Positions 13,601-26,786 of a DNA stretch of 64,000 nucleotides are shown here, one piece after another; position 1 is the stretch's first letter, and the number at the start of each line of letters is the position of its first letter. Source of the DNA: Paraspadella gotoi (Eukaryota > Animalia > Chaetognatha). The notes under the pieces are model-generated. The model was given only the letters and a program-made list of their open reading frames with translations. It searched no databases and had not been told where the DNA came from. The translations under genes were made by a program, and so were the position numbers. Location of the stretch: contig CM119263.1 of assembly GCA_051294375.1 (NCBI GenBank), positions 24,099,657 through 24,163,656 of the forward strand, in the 5' to 3' direction.

Positions 13601-16600
13601 GTTTAACGAACCTCAACAGCTTAAATCTTGAGCGCTTGTTCCCGGATTGCGGAGTGCCATTTCCCGTGTGATGCCGCAGGCGCCTCCCTACTCCCTCTCT
13701 GCGAGCATCCCTTACTATGCCGATTCTGTTGTTTCATGACTTGAGTATTCAACCCCCCATACTGGCTTCGGCAATCCCGAAGGGTCATGCTTTCAAGTAC
13801 ATACATCATATCATATCCAGCCACAAACCCATTTTTATATCCCAAAACCACTCAGGAAATATAATGTGTGATAAGATAATCCAGAGAATTTCCAGGAGGT
13901 TACTCCCACCTGCATATCGTGAGTCCCGAAGAAGTTGAGCGGCGACTGGGGAGGTGCAGGCGCCCGACGCGGCCGAAGAGGAAATGCGCAGGTATCGGGG
14001 AATGACTGGAGAGAGCCCAGAGTATCGAAAGTGCGCGATCGGGGCCGTGGGGCACTCCGCAGCTAAGCCAAGAACGCTTGATCGTGGCCGATAGAAACGC
14101 TGATGTGACTGTTGAAAGTTGAATGGAGATGGAAGGGAGAGTAGGAATAAATTACATGGATTCTTCGATTAATGCCAATAATTAAAAAAAATTCCAAAGA
14201 AAACTGAAAACAAGAGGAATCCTAAGCACTTCATAATGGATCAAGTATAAATCTGAATAAAAATAATAATATACTAGAGTGATAATGATTGTTTTACGTT
14301 CCGATTCTTTATAATCTAATCATTTTTATCTTTAGACATACATATTTCTGATTTACTTTGTATTTCCAGTTTCCGAGTAAAAAAAACCAAACGTGATGTA
14401 ACGCGACAAGGACCGCGTACATGGCTAACTAAGTCGGATTGAAAAGAACTGCAGCGACGCCTAGATTATTTCATCCCAATCTCTCGCCAGCTGGACAAAT
14501 AAAACCGAGGAAAACAAAAAACCGAGACGAATGGTACTTAACGTAAGCGCGGGAAAGCAAACCAATAAAGAATAAGCTCATTACAGTTACGCCGCGCAAC
14601 ACAAGAACAGCGAAAAAGCAAAAAATGCAGCTTTCCTGGGCGACCATAAAAAAAATATTATCAGAATCGATAGAAATTTAGATGAGGAAAATAAAATGAA
14701 TAATAAAATCAGATTCAATATGAATAGTGAAATTATAACGATCCACATTCCCAAGGAAGACAGAAGGATTTCGGAACGCGTTAGAACGATAGGACGAACG
14801 ACACCTCACCAAATCACACAAGGTCGCCAAGAAATATGCCAAATTTCAAGAACCACACTAATAAATCCTTAAGATCAAAGCTCATAAAGGATACAACCTC
14901 TAAAAAACTCACCCACGATTTATTATAGCATAGACTTATAATGAGAATTATAATATATTCAAATAAAACATATTTATAATGTTAACTAAAATAGATAAGA
15001 TAATTAATTGAACCAATTCGACTCACTTTTAGGAAACCTAAGAAAAACCAGCAAAAGAAATCAGGTATACACATAATAGGACAGACCAGAGAATAAAAAT
15101 TGGAATAGAAATTGATGGAAAACACCGATTATATGTAGACCAGAAATAATAAGAATGTGACGGAAATATTCATCAGACAATGAACCAACCCCAGGTCGAA
15201 CCCAATAACCACACGATTAATGATGACACCAGGCTGAAAGTGTTTTACGGCAAATATCGTCGGAAGAATAATTTCTCAATGAACTACCGAGGCGACCCAG
15301 TAAAACAAAATCGCTCGAACTCGCGCTAAGACCGGCAAATGTTGATATTTCTGATTTGATTTGATTTAAGAAATTAACTTTGATTCTATAAGCATGTCCC
15401 TACCTCCAATCACACGATGTTTATACACAAAAACTTCAAACGAAGAACACAAACATCTTAACAGGCTAAAGGCCGTCCTAATTTACTGGTGTTCGTAAAG
15501 CGGTAAATACAAGAGGATAAAATATATTTAAGAGTTTAGTGTAAAAGATCAGCCTGTGGGGGTAAAAATTTCCTGCTTTCTTGGTAAGGCAAACAACGAG
15601 CATGGAATTTGTAAAGGCACTATGGTTGTGAGCCAAATGCAGATGGAGAAAGAGTTTGTTCACAGAAATAAGGCGCGTTAACCTATCCGTCGCCAAANNN
15701 NNNNNNNNNNNNNNNNNNNNNNGTTTTTTTTTTTTTTAAGCCTCGATGAGTTTGAGTCGTCGATTTTGTCGTTTCCATCGTTGCTAATTGAAGTTAATTG
15801 GGTTTTTTTTATATATATATATAATATTCATCATTTTAAACTTTAATGCCGTTTGCGATACGTTTTGACGTTTGTTCTTTTAAATTCGCTGACAATAAAT
15901 AAACAGCAATTCACCCTAACATTTGGCTCCAAATATTCACGCTCGGCGCAAATCCCTCCTGTCACGCCCACTCCTACCGATAAATCGCGAGCCACCCCCG
16001 GCTGGCCGATCCACCCCAGCCCCTCCTCCACCCTCCACCCTCCTCTCTCCTCGACCGATCCGAAAAATCTCGATGTCAGGTGTTGAACGAGTTGATGTAC
16101 GACATTCGCTCGGTCCATTTCTTCGGAGGTCGCGACACCTGTGGTCAACGCGGGGGACGACGGGCGAAACCGGGCCCCCCAAAAAAATGGGATTAAAGCG
16201 GGCGCGAGAGGGCGGAAGTGGGCGGACGTTGTCGAAAGGGAAGACGCGTGATAGGGAAGAGAAAGCGGAAATGAGAAAGTAAGAGTGCGGAAAAAAAAAA
16301 GCTTAGGGGGAAATTTGTAAATAAAGCCCGATGAAAATGAAAACGCACGCGACTGTGAAAAGAAAAAAATGGAGAGAATTGAGGGTATTGATTATTTTTG
16401 AAAAATGAGATGATCAAACTTTGTTGCTTCTTTGGTAGAATATCATAAAATTGACAGAAATATGTTTTGACTGGTCGCACTTTTGATGTTTTAAGAATAA
16501 ATGAAGGAAACAAGTGATCAAACAAACAAGTGATCAAACAAATAAATAAAGAAACAAGTGATCAAAAGTCAATTCGGAAAGAGAAGATGGATTTTGCATT

Positions 16601-17859
16601 TGATCTCTTCAAAAGGCGGTGACGTCGGCAGCGTCGGCAAGAGCGTCGGCAGCGTCGGCAAGAGCGTCGGCAGCGGCGGCGGCAGCGGCGGCGCTTCCGA
16701 CTCTGTCCATTATTTATAATCATCTGTTTTCATCCAAAAAATACAAAATCGCTGCATCGGATCGAACCTTGGCAAAACTTGGACTGATTTATTTATTCAA
16801 ATTTCCAAACTTTTGACCCCGTCTCACCATTTTTCAGTTTTTCAAAGTCAAAAACACTTTTATTTGTTGTCTTTTTTTTTTCTTTTTTGCTTTGCTTTTT
16901 TTTTTTTATGAAAAACTGACGAAGCATATCGTGCGGTTTAAAAAGCTTTTCAAAAAATTTAGTAAAAAAAGATTTTTCCTCAAAACCTAGATCGAAATCG
17001 CTGTTTTATATAAAAGTTTTGAGCCATAAATTTTTTAACAAACTATATACTAGAATTTTCTTTTTTCCGCTGACTTGATGATGATATCGCGCGAGGAAAA
17101 TATTAAACTTAAAAAAGATGGCGTCTTCTATCAAGTTCCGGCGCCTCCCTGCCCCGCGGGCGCAGTCACCTGGAAACTAAATTCGCCTCGGTGAAATTTT
17201 TCGGAAATTAAATTTTTTTTCTTCGAGACGAGGCCGGCCATCTTGCTTTTTTTTTCTTCTTCTTCTTCTTCTTTTAAAGCAATAAAGTGTCTCTTTCTCA
17301 CTCATTTAGCAGGGAGTTTTTAGTTTTACAGTCCGTAACGACTAAAACGAGTTTAGGAAGGCTCTGTCTGCTTTTTTTTTCTCCTTACTTTTTTTCGGGA
17401 TGAAAAAAGCAGGAAAAAGTTGAGGAGATTCGAAAACGATTTGTCAAGATTTTAGAGTGTCTCTCTCTCTCTCTCTCTCTCCTCTCTCTCCTCTTCTCTC
17501 TTCTCTCTCTCTCTTCTCTCTCTCTCTTCTCATATATCTCTCTCTTCTCTCCTCTCACTCTCTTTCTTCTCTCTCCTTTCTGCTTTTCGGCCGTATTTCA
17601 CCCCCTTCTTTCGGTGTTGCAAAACGTGGAACGGGACTCGTAGAGACGCCGAGCGGACAAAACGAGAAAATACGCGACGGTAACAAAAAAGATGTCTGAT
17701 GTTCGAAGGGAGAAAATCGTCAGCGAGTTTTCCGCATGAACGAGGGACGACCTCGCACTGTCGTGAGACGAAGACAGATGGCGCTCGAAAGAAATTTTAC
17801 AATATATATTCTTTACTTTTTTGCTGACATAAAATAAATATATGAAAAATTTCAAGATT

Positions 17860-18035
17860 ACTTGTTTTACTATATTAGAGTTTAGACTTTTTTATTGTGA
17901 TTGAACTTTCTTTCGTTGTGTTTGAGCTATTTGAGCACTGATGAAGGCTTGAATGAAAGCCGACACTTGTCTGTACCATTAAAATAAAATCGTTGATATA
18001 AAAAGACTTCGTCTTTAATCTCAAATAACTTTTTC
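17860..18035 (+). mobile_element. Penelope-like retroelement terminal repeat (pLTR) remnant
   Basis: T-rich leader, then the hammerhead motif, then AATAAA and an AAAAGACTTCGTCTTTAAT segment; this order is typical of PLE terminal repeats. Boundaries are approximate. Confidence 0.45.
17933..17976 (+). ncRNA. Degenerate type I minimal hammerhead ribozyme, Penelope-like element type
   Basis: CTGATGA (17938-17944), extra A, stem II GGCTT/AAGCC around a GAATGA loop, GACA in place of GAAA (17962-17965), short helix III AC-TT-GT, GTC cleavage triplet (17969-17971), weak stem I GCA/TGT. Confidence 0.6.
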
Positions 18036-18401
18036 ATTAAACAAATTTAAATATGTTACTCCTTAAGGATTATCACTTTGCAAGTACGTGATACTTGTTT
18101 TTCTTCTATTCGTGAACTTGAGAAGAAGAATAAAAGAATTAAGGTTACAATTTGTCCGTTGAATGCGACTGTGAGGGTTTTCTCTTTTTCTTTCCATTTA
18201 AGTTAAGAGAATTTTCTCGTTTATAATATAAATTATATAAATTATATACTTTCTTCTTCTTTTACGTTTGGCGTCGACGAAGCCGTTTATCGACAGACGC
18301 CGCCACTGGTGATGCTCGCGGCGCCACGCGGCTTACCGGCGCGGTTTGAGAAAGACGCCAGGAAGGAAAAAAGAAAAGCGACGGAGGATAGATAGATAGA
18401 T

Positions 18402-18414
18402 AAAAGAAAGAAAG

Positions 18415-18505
<91 letters not shown>

Positions 18506-18585
18506 AAACTAATATAAACAGAAAGAAAGATATAAAACAGAAAGAAAGAAAGAAAGAAAGAAAGAGAAAGAGAAGGAAGGAAGGA
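18402..18585. repeat. (GAAA)n microsatellite
   Basis: Long near-perfect GAAA run. Confidence 0.95.
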
Positions 18586-19834
18586 TATTTCTCGTGAATC
18601 CCCATCACGACAATGGGTTCCGTCGTTAATGACTTTGGCAACGATTGTGAAGTCGGAGATTTAGTTACAGAGAAAACGTTTACTTCGTCTCCCTTCAAGT
18701 CGCCGAACAATCTCAGGCGTCGAAGGAATTGCAATAAAAAAGATAATTAGTACTCGGGGCGATTCTGATTTTGAGTTTTTAAATTTTGATTGTAAACATA
18801 ATGCTTTACAATTACAGTTTTCTATTTTTTTTTTTAATTCATAAAGTATCACGCAAAGTAGTAGTTTCCGCGCTCTCCTACTTTTGCACTCGTGAATTGT
18901 GACGCCGTCCTCTGTTTTCAGCGGCGGCGTCGATTGTGACTCTTTCCTTTTCAAACGCCCTTTCATTTTTTCACTCGAGTTATTTGTGACTTTTCACGCC
19001 GGTTTTTTGAAGACGCCGCTTTTTTTGGCTTTTGACGCCGGTTTGGCGTGACTAGTGAATGGCGGCAACGTCGCCGACTCTTTGAGAGAGAACAGAATAG
19101 AAAAGAAAAGAGAGGTAAAGAAAAGAAGGAAAGAAAACAAAAGAAAAGAAAAGGAAAGAAAAGACACAGTGAAGCGAAAGTAAGAATCCCGTAAATCTTC
19201 ACGTCAAAGTCAATTTTTTTTGAAAAATCCTTTTTTCACAAAAAAAATTCATGGGATTCGGTTCCGTCTCCGCTTCCGCATCCGCTTCCGCTTCCGCTTC
19301 TTCCAGACTTACTCGACTTTGAATCCCAAGATCACCTCCAGTTCCACTTTCGAATCCGACTCTCGGTTCCACATGAATTCTCTTCTCCGTATTTAGATTC
19401 GATGGCGTCCATCTTCTTTTGAAACTTATTCCTTTCCTCTCATCCTCTATCCTTCGCCCTCGGCCCCCAGACTCGGACCCACGTCGAGTTTGAGGCGGAA
19501 AAGTCTGGAGATCGAGACCGGGTTCCCGACTTTGATTAATTAGGCAGAAGCCGCTTTGCCTCGACATAATCCTTGGAAAAAAAGGAATCCCCCTTTCTGA
19601 GTTAGAGAGAGGGTTGGGCGAGTCGAGAGGAATAATGAGAAGAGACAACGACTCTAACCCTTTTCACGCTCACCGCTTCTCAACCAGAGAAGCGGTCATT
19701 GATGAGGCGTAGCGATAGAGAGAGAGACAGAGAGAGAGAGAAAAAAAAATGTCTAATGAGGATCGTCATCAACGGTTGAGGAACTAGGAGGAGCGGAAAC
19801 ACTTTGGTTGTCTACACCTAAATGGCGCGGGGGG

Positions 19835-19914
<80 letters not shown>

Positions 19915-20510
19915 CTGATTATGTGAAAAAGCTTGAGGATATTGCATTAGCGACAAATTTGAAAACGAATTTTCGCACAGCGAAAAAAAAAGGTGCAAGT
20001 TTTTTTTAAAAAGAATAAAAAGAAAAAAAATCTTCTTTTTTTTTTTGTTTTTCTTCTTCCGAAGGCGAAAAATGTTTTCGCGACGTCGGCTCCTAATGAA
20101 TCCAGTTTGACGCAGACAAAAACATAAACAAAACAAAACAACAACGACGACGTAGAAGACGTTGAAGACGACGACAACGACAAGCAAATTCATTTTGGCG
20201 TTTAACTTCGGGACAAAAACAAAATCAAGCAATCCTTCCAAGGAAGGAAAAAGTTTTAAATTATTTTTTTTAAATACGAAGAAAATACAGCGACAAACAT
20301 TCTAAAAGATTTATTGTACTTAACGGAACAACGTTGCTCGTACTTTTTGGGTAATATATTTCCAGAAAGTGATTAATGGATACAATGAAAGTAAGATTAG
20401 TAAAGATTGTTGACTTAGGCCGGGAAAGAATGGGAAGAAATTCTTAATCTTAATCCGATGCTTAACTGCGCTCCCCCTGCCCCCCAACCGCCTCCCCTTC
20501 CCGATTCCAG

Positions 20511-20855
20511 GATTCTCGAGGGCGCCCCCGGCGGCGAACGACTTCGGCGCGGCCATCCCTCTCTTCCCGGGAACCCAGCATCTTCACCCTCTCGAGAAGA
20601 CCCCAACCAACTTCGTACCCTCCTCTTCCTCCTCCTCTTCCTCCTCCTCCACTCGAGTCTCTCGTCGCCCGCTCCTCGCCAGTCTCCTCCCATCCCTCCC
20701 TCTTCCCTCCTCCTCTTCCTCATCCTCCTCCTCCTCCTCCAGCCTCCTGGACTTCGCCTGCAGATCCGGAGGCTTCGTCTTCCCCCATCAAGTCTGCGAT
20801 GGCGTCGACGACTGTCGAGACGGAAGCGACGAATTCAGAGACCTCTGCAAAAACT
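20511..20855 (+). CDS. Internal coding exon of an LDLa-repeat protein (Ser/Pro-rich linker plus four-Cys LDLa module)
   Basis: Branch-like CTTAAC at 20461, pyrimidine tract, TTCCAG acceptor and GTGAGT donor at 20856; 345 bp, phase 1-1. The open frame reads FSRAPPAANDFGAAIPLFPGTQHLHPLEKTPTNFVP(S)n..LLDFACRSGGFVFPHQVCDGVDDCRDGSDEFRDLCKN, matching LDLa F-x-C..CDGxxDCxDGSDE..C. Absent from the ORF track because there is no start codon. Confidence 0.85.
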
Positions 20856-21107
20856 GTGAGTTTCAATATGAGAATGGGGGGGGGTGGATGAACATAAGGA
20901 TTATACATATATTAAGTCTCACACTAGCGTTTAAATAGGGCTGGTGGGGATAATTAAAAAGTACAGGAGTGTGTTCAGAAGCAGTTGCGACTTGTCTCTA
21001 CACTGATTCTATTGTGTCGCTAAAATTAAAGTCTCATTTTTCGAGGCTTGGAAAAATTAAAAAAATTGAAATTTGCATGAGAAAAAGAGAGATAGAGAGA
21101 GAGAGAA

Positions 21108-21161
<54 letters not shown>

Positions 21162-21408
21162 AGAGAGAGAGAAGGGAAAAGAGAGAGAGAGGAGGAGGAT
21201 GAGACGAGAGACGAGTGACGCAAGAAAGAGGGGAGAGCTTGTTCTCAGCCTGAACTGAAAAGCAAGCACCTAGTAATCCTAAATGGATGCCCTCGGTCAG
21301 TTATGCGAACTCCTCAAAACTATTGAGTCGCTGAATACGCGCGTTATGGACTGGAAATGGAGAAGGTTAACCGGGAAGCGAGGAGAGAGAGAGAGAGAGA
21401 CGAGAGAC

Positions 21409-21479
<71 letters not shown>

Positions 21480-22961
21480 TGGGGGGGAGGCGGATAAGCC
21501 ATGAAAGAGAGAAAGTGAGACAGAGAGAGAGAGAGAGAAGGAGAGAAGAGATATTGGTGTTAGCTGATGCTCTTTCTAGAAAGGCTTTTCGATTTTCTTT
21601 GTCCATTTTCTTTTTCAATTTGAGATCACCGTTGAAGCGTATATCGCACTTCAACAATATTTTTTAAATCTATATTTTGGTCGCCAAAGTGTCAAACGCG
21701 CCATCAACTCGAGTAACGCGTGATCCATCGTTCACACTTAGATCTTCTCTTTTCATGGTCACTGGTCAGTGAAAAAAAAAAGGATCGACAAACTCGGCGC
21801 TTCAAAAATCTCGTTGCCAAGCAACGCCGGTCGCGCGATAAATCGAGCTTCTGGACCTGAGAGGCGGGGATTGTGATGATGATGCTGATGATTGTGATGA
21901 TGTCGATGAAGCCAAACAGACGAGAGGCGATTGACGTATGGTTGAGAGTGAATTATAAAACCCGAAGCGGTCGGTGGTCGTTGTGGATGCGGCCGTTGTT
22001 CGTGTTGTTATTGTTGTTGTTGCCGAGTCTGTATTCTATTTTTCTCGACAAGTTCGTCTTTCCTCTGCTTCCTTTCTGACTTTTCTCCTTCTTTTCGCCT
22101 TTCCTTTTTTCCTCTTCACTTTCACTCTTTACGACACTTCGCCTTTCCCTCTTCGCCTCGCTTCGCCTTTCCCTCCTCCTCTCGCCGTCATATCGAGGAT
22201 TACATTAAATCTCGCCCAAGTCGGCAGAGGGCGTCGCCTTTGATCGAAGGGGAAGAGGGGATGAGGAGAGGAGCAGGAGGTTAGGGAGTCAAACCAACGA
22301 AAAAAAATCAATGAAAAAAATTTATTAAGAAATTAAAACTTTTTCTTTCTATAAATTATTTTTCGTGTTTTATCTTTGCTGTTTATTCCTTTACTTAATA
22401 ATAATTCAGATTTAATTCATAATCCGCTTTTTTAAATGAATAAATCTTTGGGATTCAAATGTACAGACTTTCTACGTCGTCTTTGTTTGTTCCTTTCTTT
22501 TTTTCGCCGTCTATGAGTCTTTGTTCTTTCCTCTTTTCGTCCTCTTCGTCTTCTTCGTCAACTTCTTCGTCTTCTTCCTTGCCTTCTCCGTCTTCGTCGT
22601 CGTGTTCCTTTATTTCTTCGTCGTCTTCGTCTTTTTCTTCGTCGTATTCTTTCTCCTCTTCGTCGAGTTTCCGTTCGAGTGGAAAGAAAAAAAAAAAGAG
22701 ACGAACGGAAATATTTGATTAGACGTTTATCCCCTCAAGAATAAATCACATTTTCCGACTCGATTCATCTTCACTCTCCGCCTAGTATATCCCTCTCTCT
22801 TTTTCTTTTTTTTTCTTTTTGACTGTCTTTCTGTCTTTTTGTCTGATTTTATATTGATATTTCCCCTCTCTCTACTTTCTACTCTCAACTCTCTACTCTC
22901 TCTCTCTCTCTTTCTGTATTTCACAACGAGTTCCGATGATAATGTTTTGAGCATCTCGTAT

Positions 22962-23034
22962 CACAATCACCCATCCCCCACAATCACCCATCCCCCACAA
23001 TCACCCATCCCCACAATCACCCATCCCCCACAAT
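22962..23034. repeat. ~17-bp minisatellite CACAATCACCCATCCCC, ~4 copies
   Basis: Directly visible tandem units. Confidence 0.9.
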
Positions 23035-23427
23035 TTCACCGTTCCGTCCAGGATGGCGTCGACGCGGGAACCTGAGCGACAGTCCTTCACAAGGACGACG
23101 ACTACAACAACAACGACGATAACGACAACGAGCCCTTCCTGAGATTTGTGTGGCGAGTTTTCTTTATCAATAATTCATGCGAAAATCTCGTGGGCACATT
23201 TTGAACCGACGAGGTTAGAGAAAAAAAAGTGTGATACCCTCGGGCGAGTTTTTTCTTCACGAGTAGAGACTTGTAATGCGAGTTTTTTTCTTTACTAATG
23301 TGATTCCTCTCCTTTTTTTTTTTGAATGAATTCAAATCTATTTGCGAAAAAAAATTCTCTTTTCGCCTCTACGATGAATGCGTCTCAAGAAATTCCTGTG
23401 AGCGAAATAAAAGATGCAGAGAGATAA

Positions 23428-23543
<116 letters not shown>

Positions 23544-23884
23544 TTAGGAAACCTAGTCTCTTCTAAGTCCCAAGTTTAAGCAGAAGGAAAAAAAAGAAAA
23601 AAGTGTGAATGACAAAATCCGTGATTGCTTCCTCGTCTCGACGCCGGGGACGCCGCTATCACCTTCACGAGACGAGACGACCCGAGACTGATGTCTCCCC
23701 GCGGCGTCGGCGGCGGCGTGGCGGCGGCGGCGGATATAGGATGAATATGGGGTCGGCACCAGAAATATTCGGTTCCGTAGTGAAACGAATTTCCCCATCG
23801 GTTCGAACCGAGTGAGTTTAATGTTCGAAGGCGAAAGAGATTGGCTCGCCGTGAGATAGAACGACGGATTCCTACGTGTAGAAC

Positions 23885-23896
23885 TGCGCATGCGCA
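23885..23896. promoter_or_regulatory. Perfect NRF1/EWG-type palindromic site TGCGCATGCGCA
   Basis: Exact 12-bp match in a CpG-rich patch, followed by donor-like GTAAGG (23968) and GTAAGT (24013). Confidence 0.4.
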
Positions 23897-24042
23897 ATGA
23901 GACGCGCGCGCGAGAAACGCATGCTTACCGGAGTGGCAGTTAGGTTCCTCGGCGGGAGAACGACTCGGTAAGGTCGGCGATTTAGAAGCAGCAAGGAAAG
24001 TCAGGGTCGCAAGTAAGTCTTTAAAAAGAACCGGCGTGTGAA

Positions 24043-24127
<85 letters not shown>

Positions 24128-24237
24128 AGAGAGAAGGAGGAGTTTGAGTATCCCATAACATTTCCATATTCACGTTTTTTCCTATCAAATCAATAGGTCT
24201 AAAATACCTAGCAGTCCGAGGTGTTCGATGGAGGAAA

Positions 24238-24286
24238 TGCTTACTGCTTAGTGCTTACTGCTTACTGCTTAGTGCTTAGTGCTTAC
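24238..24286. repeat. 7-bp tandem repeat TGCTTA(C/G) x7
   Basis: Directly visible. Confidence 0.9.
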
Positions 24287-25258
24287 GCGGTTTTGTTTTA
24301 TCACGAATATTTCAAGTGAAATCACGGTTCTATGGCTGACTAAGGGAGTTGGACGCGAGTAAGTTCGATCACCTTTGCGAGGGTTGCAAAAAATGACCAA
24401 AATAAATGTGAACGATCGAAGAGAACTCACGCGTTTTCACATTTGTTATATGTGAGTCGCAGGTTGCAAGGACGCTGCGAGATCCCAGTCACCAGAAACG
24501 AAAGTTTCTCGGACGAAGCAGTCGATCAAAAGGTCGCCGACGTCGCTGGATTGATTTTGCTTCGTTGGAGCAGAAAAGTTGGGGGGGGCGGGGAGAAAAA
24601 GGGAAGGAGAAGTGGGGAAAGGTGAAAAAAAAGGAAAGTACGTAGATCGAAAGAGGAGGAATTGAAGAGGGAAGGAGGAAAAGAGAAAAAGGAGAATAAA
24701 GAGAAGGAAAAGTGAAAGAGAGAAGAGTTGAGATACAAGAAAAGCGGCGGGATTGTGAGATGGAGGTAAAAGAAAGAAAAAGTAAGAAATGTTACGGAAA
24801 ACTTGAAAAGAGCAGAGTGAAAAGGAAAGTGACCGAATTAGACGGAATAAAAGGTATGAATCAAAAAGAAAAGCGACATCTCTGGGCAGAGGGTATAAAC
24901 GGAAGGATATAAGGGCGAAAAAGGAAAGGGACTCCCGGTCATCGTCCTTTCGTCGAGGTCAACGAGGTGAGTGAAATATGGATTATAATGAAGTGCTCGA
25001 TCGAAAGGAAAAAGGGAGAGAGAGGAAAATTAGATTCGTGAAGGAGTGAAGGTGAGTTAAGGTGAGGTTTGAACGAGGGAGGAAGAAAAAAAAGGAAAGG
25101 GAGGAAAAGATAAAAAAGGGGACGAGGCGGAAGAGACAATGATAAAGTCTCTTCCCGCGGGAAAGAATCTGATTCGTTGAATCGGAAATAAAGAATCCAT
25201 CATCCATCGGTGTGTAGAACTTTTTTTCCCCTTTTGCTCCAACTTATCTCCCCCTCTC

Positions 25259-25428
25259 TTTGCTCCAGCCAAGCTGCCCAGCTATATTCTTTCTCCCTTT
25301 GTCACCATTTATCTCCCTCGCGTTTATCTTTCCTCGCTTTGCTCCAGCCAAGCTGCCCTGCTTTATTCTTTCTCCCTTTGTCACCATTTATCTCCCTGGC
25401 GTTTATCTCTTCTCGCTTTGCTCCAGCC
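25259..25428. repeat. 79-bp tandem repeat, just over 2 copies
   Basis: TTTGCTCCAGCCA recurs at 25259, 25338 and 25417, with conserved intervening sequence. Confidence 0.9.
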
Positions 25429-26043
25429 AGTCAGCCTTGCTTTTTGCTTCCTTCCTTTGCTCTAACGCATCCCACTCGCAGTTCTCACTCTACCCGTTGC
25501 TACATTAAATCTCTCGGGACATTTTTCCACCTTCAAATCTCCGTCGTGTTTATATCTTCAATCTTTGCTCCTCTGATTCCCCTCCCAGTTCTATGACGTC
25601 TCTAACCGCTCCAGCAATTCTCTCAAAACCTATTTTCTCTTTAATGGCTCTTACAAATTTTTTTAACGTCCATTTTTCTCTCTCTTTTTTTTTTTTTTTG
25701 TTTGATTTTTTTTACTCAGGATATTAATAAAACAGATTTTCAATTCTAAAACATATTTTTATAGTTTCTATAGTTTTCATAGTATTTAATTTTTGTTCAT
25801 TACTTTTTTTTAATTCGCACTCGTCGTCATCGCATGTTAGAAACGAGTATCTGCAGCTAATCGACTGAAACGCTGCCAAAAAAAAAAAAAAGACCATCGG
25901 AATTCGTTGCTTCCGATCGATGTCGCTAATGGTCGCCTTTCATTGTTTACCACAACAACACGTTTTCGGTCTAGAGTCTTTTTCCCTAAAATTTTCACAG
26001 GCAGTAGAGAAAAACTGAGAGCATCGTTGTTCTTTGATTGATA

Positions 26044-26090
<47 letters not shown>

Positions 26091-26095
26091 TCTTT

Positions 26096-26707
26096 TTCAC
26101 TCACACACAAACAAAGAGGAGTTGCAATCGCAACCAAAAATCCCCCGTTACCTCTGGTTCCAAAGAGAGACGATCTCAAATTTTCTTTCAACTATATACT
26201 TTCAAATATCCGCATCTCCTTTTCCGTCCTCCTCCTCTTCCTCCTCCATCCTCCGCCCCCATTCCGCCCCTACTCTTCTTTCATTCCCTTTGACGTGATT
26301 GACGTTTCGACGTCCGACGGACACGAATATAAAAAAAAAAAAAAAAGAAGTGGACGTGAAAACCGGAAACGGGAGACCGCGGTTTGTTGCGGCTGAGGAC
26401 CCGCCCCGTCGCACGCCGCTCCGACGCCTCGACCAGCAGTCAATAACATCTGGAAACGTCGTCCCCAATTTTTATTTCTTTTTTTTTTTTATTTAATGTT
26501 TTTTTAAGTCGATATTTTTATTTTGGCTTGGATGTTTTTTGGGGGAGGAAATGACAACGGAGAGAGAGCTTTTGAAGTAGGAAGGTTATTCACTTATTTA
26601 AAAAAAGTGTACATCTTGGCGTTCGAAACTTTACAATATTTTAAACAACCCATCCATACAAAACTAGTAGCGATTACTCTTGCGTTTAAATAAAGGACAA
26701 GTAAGCT

Positions 26708-26786
<79 letters not shown>

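Noticed and set aside
20320-20908. ORF-track calls 20458..20859 (+) and 20415..20723 (-)
   Set aside because: Wrong frames; the LDLa motif lies in a different + frame bounded by splice sites.
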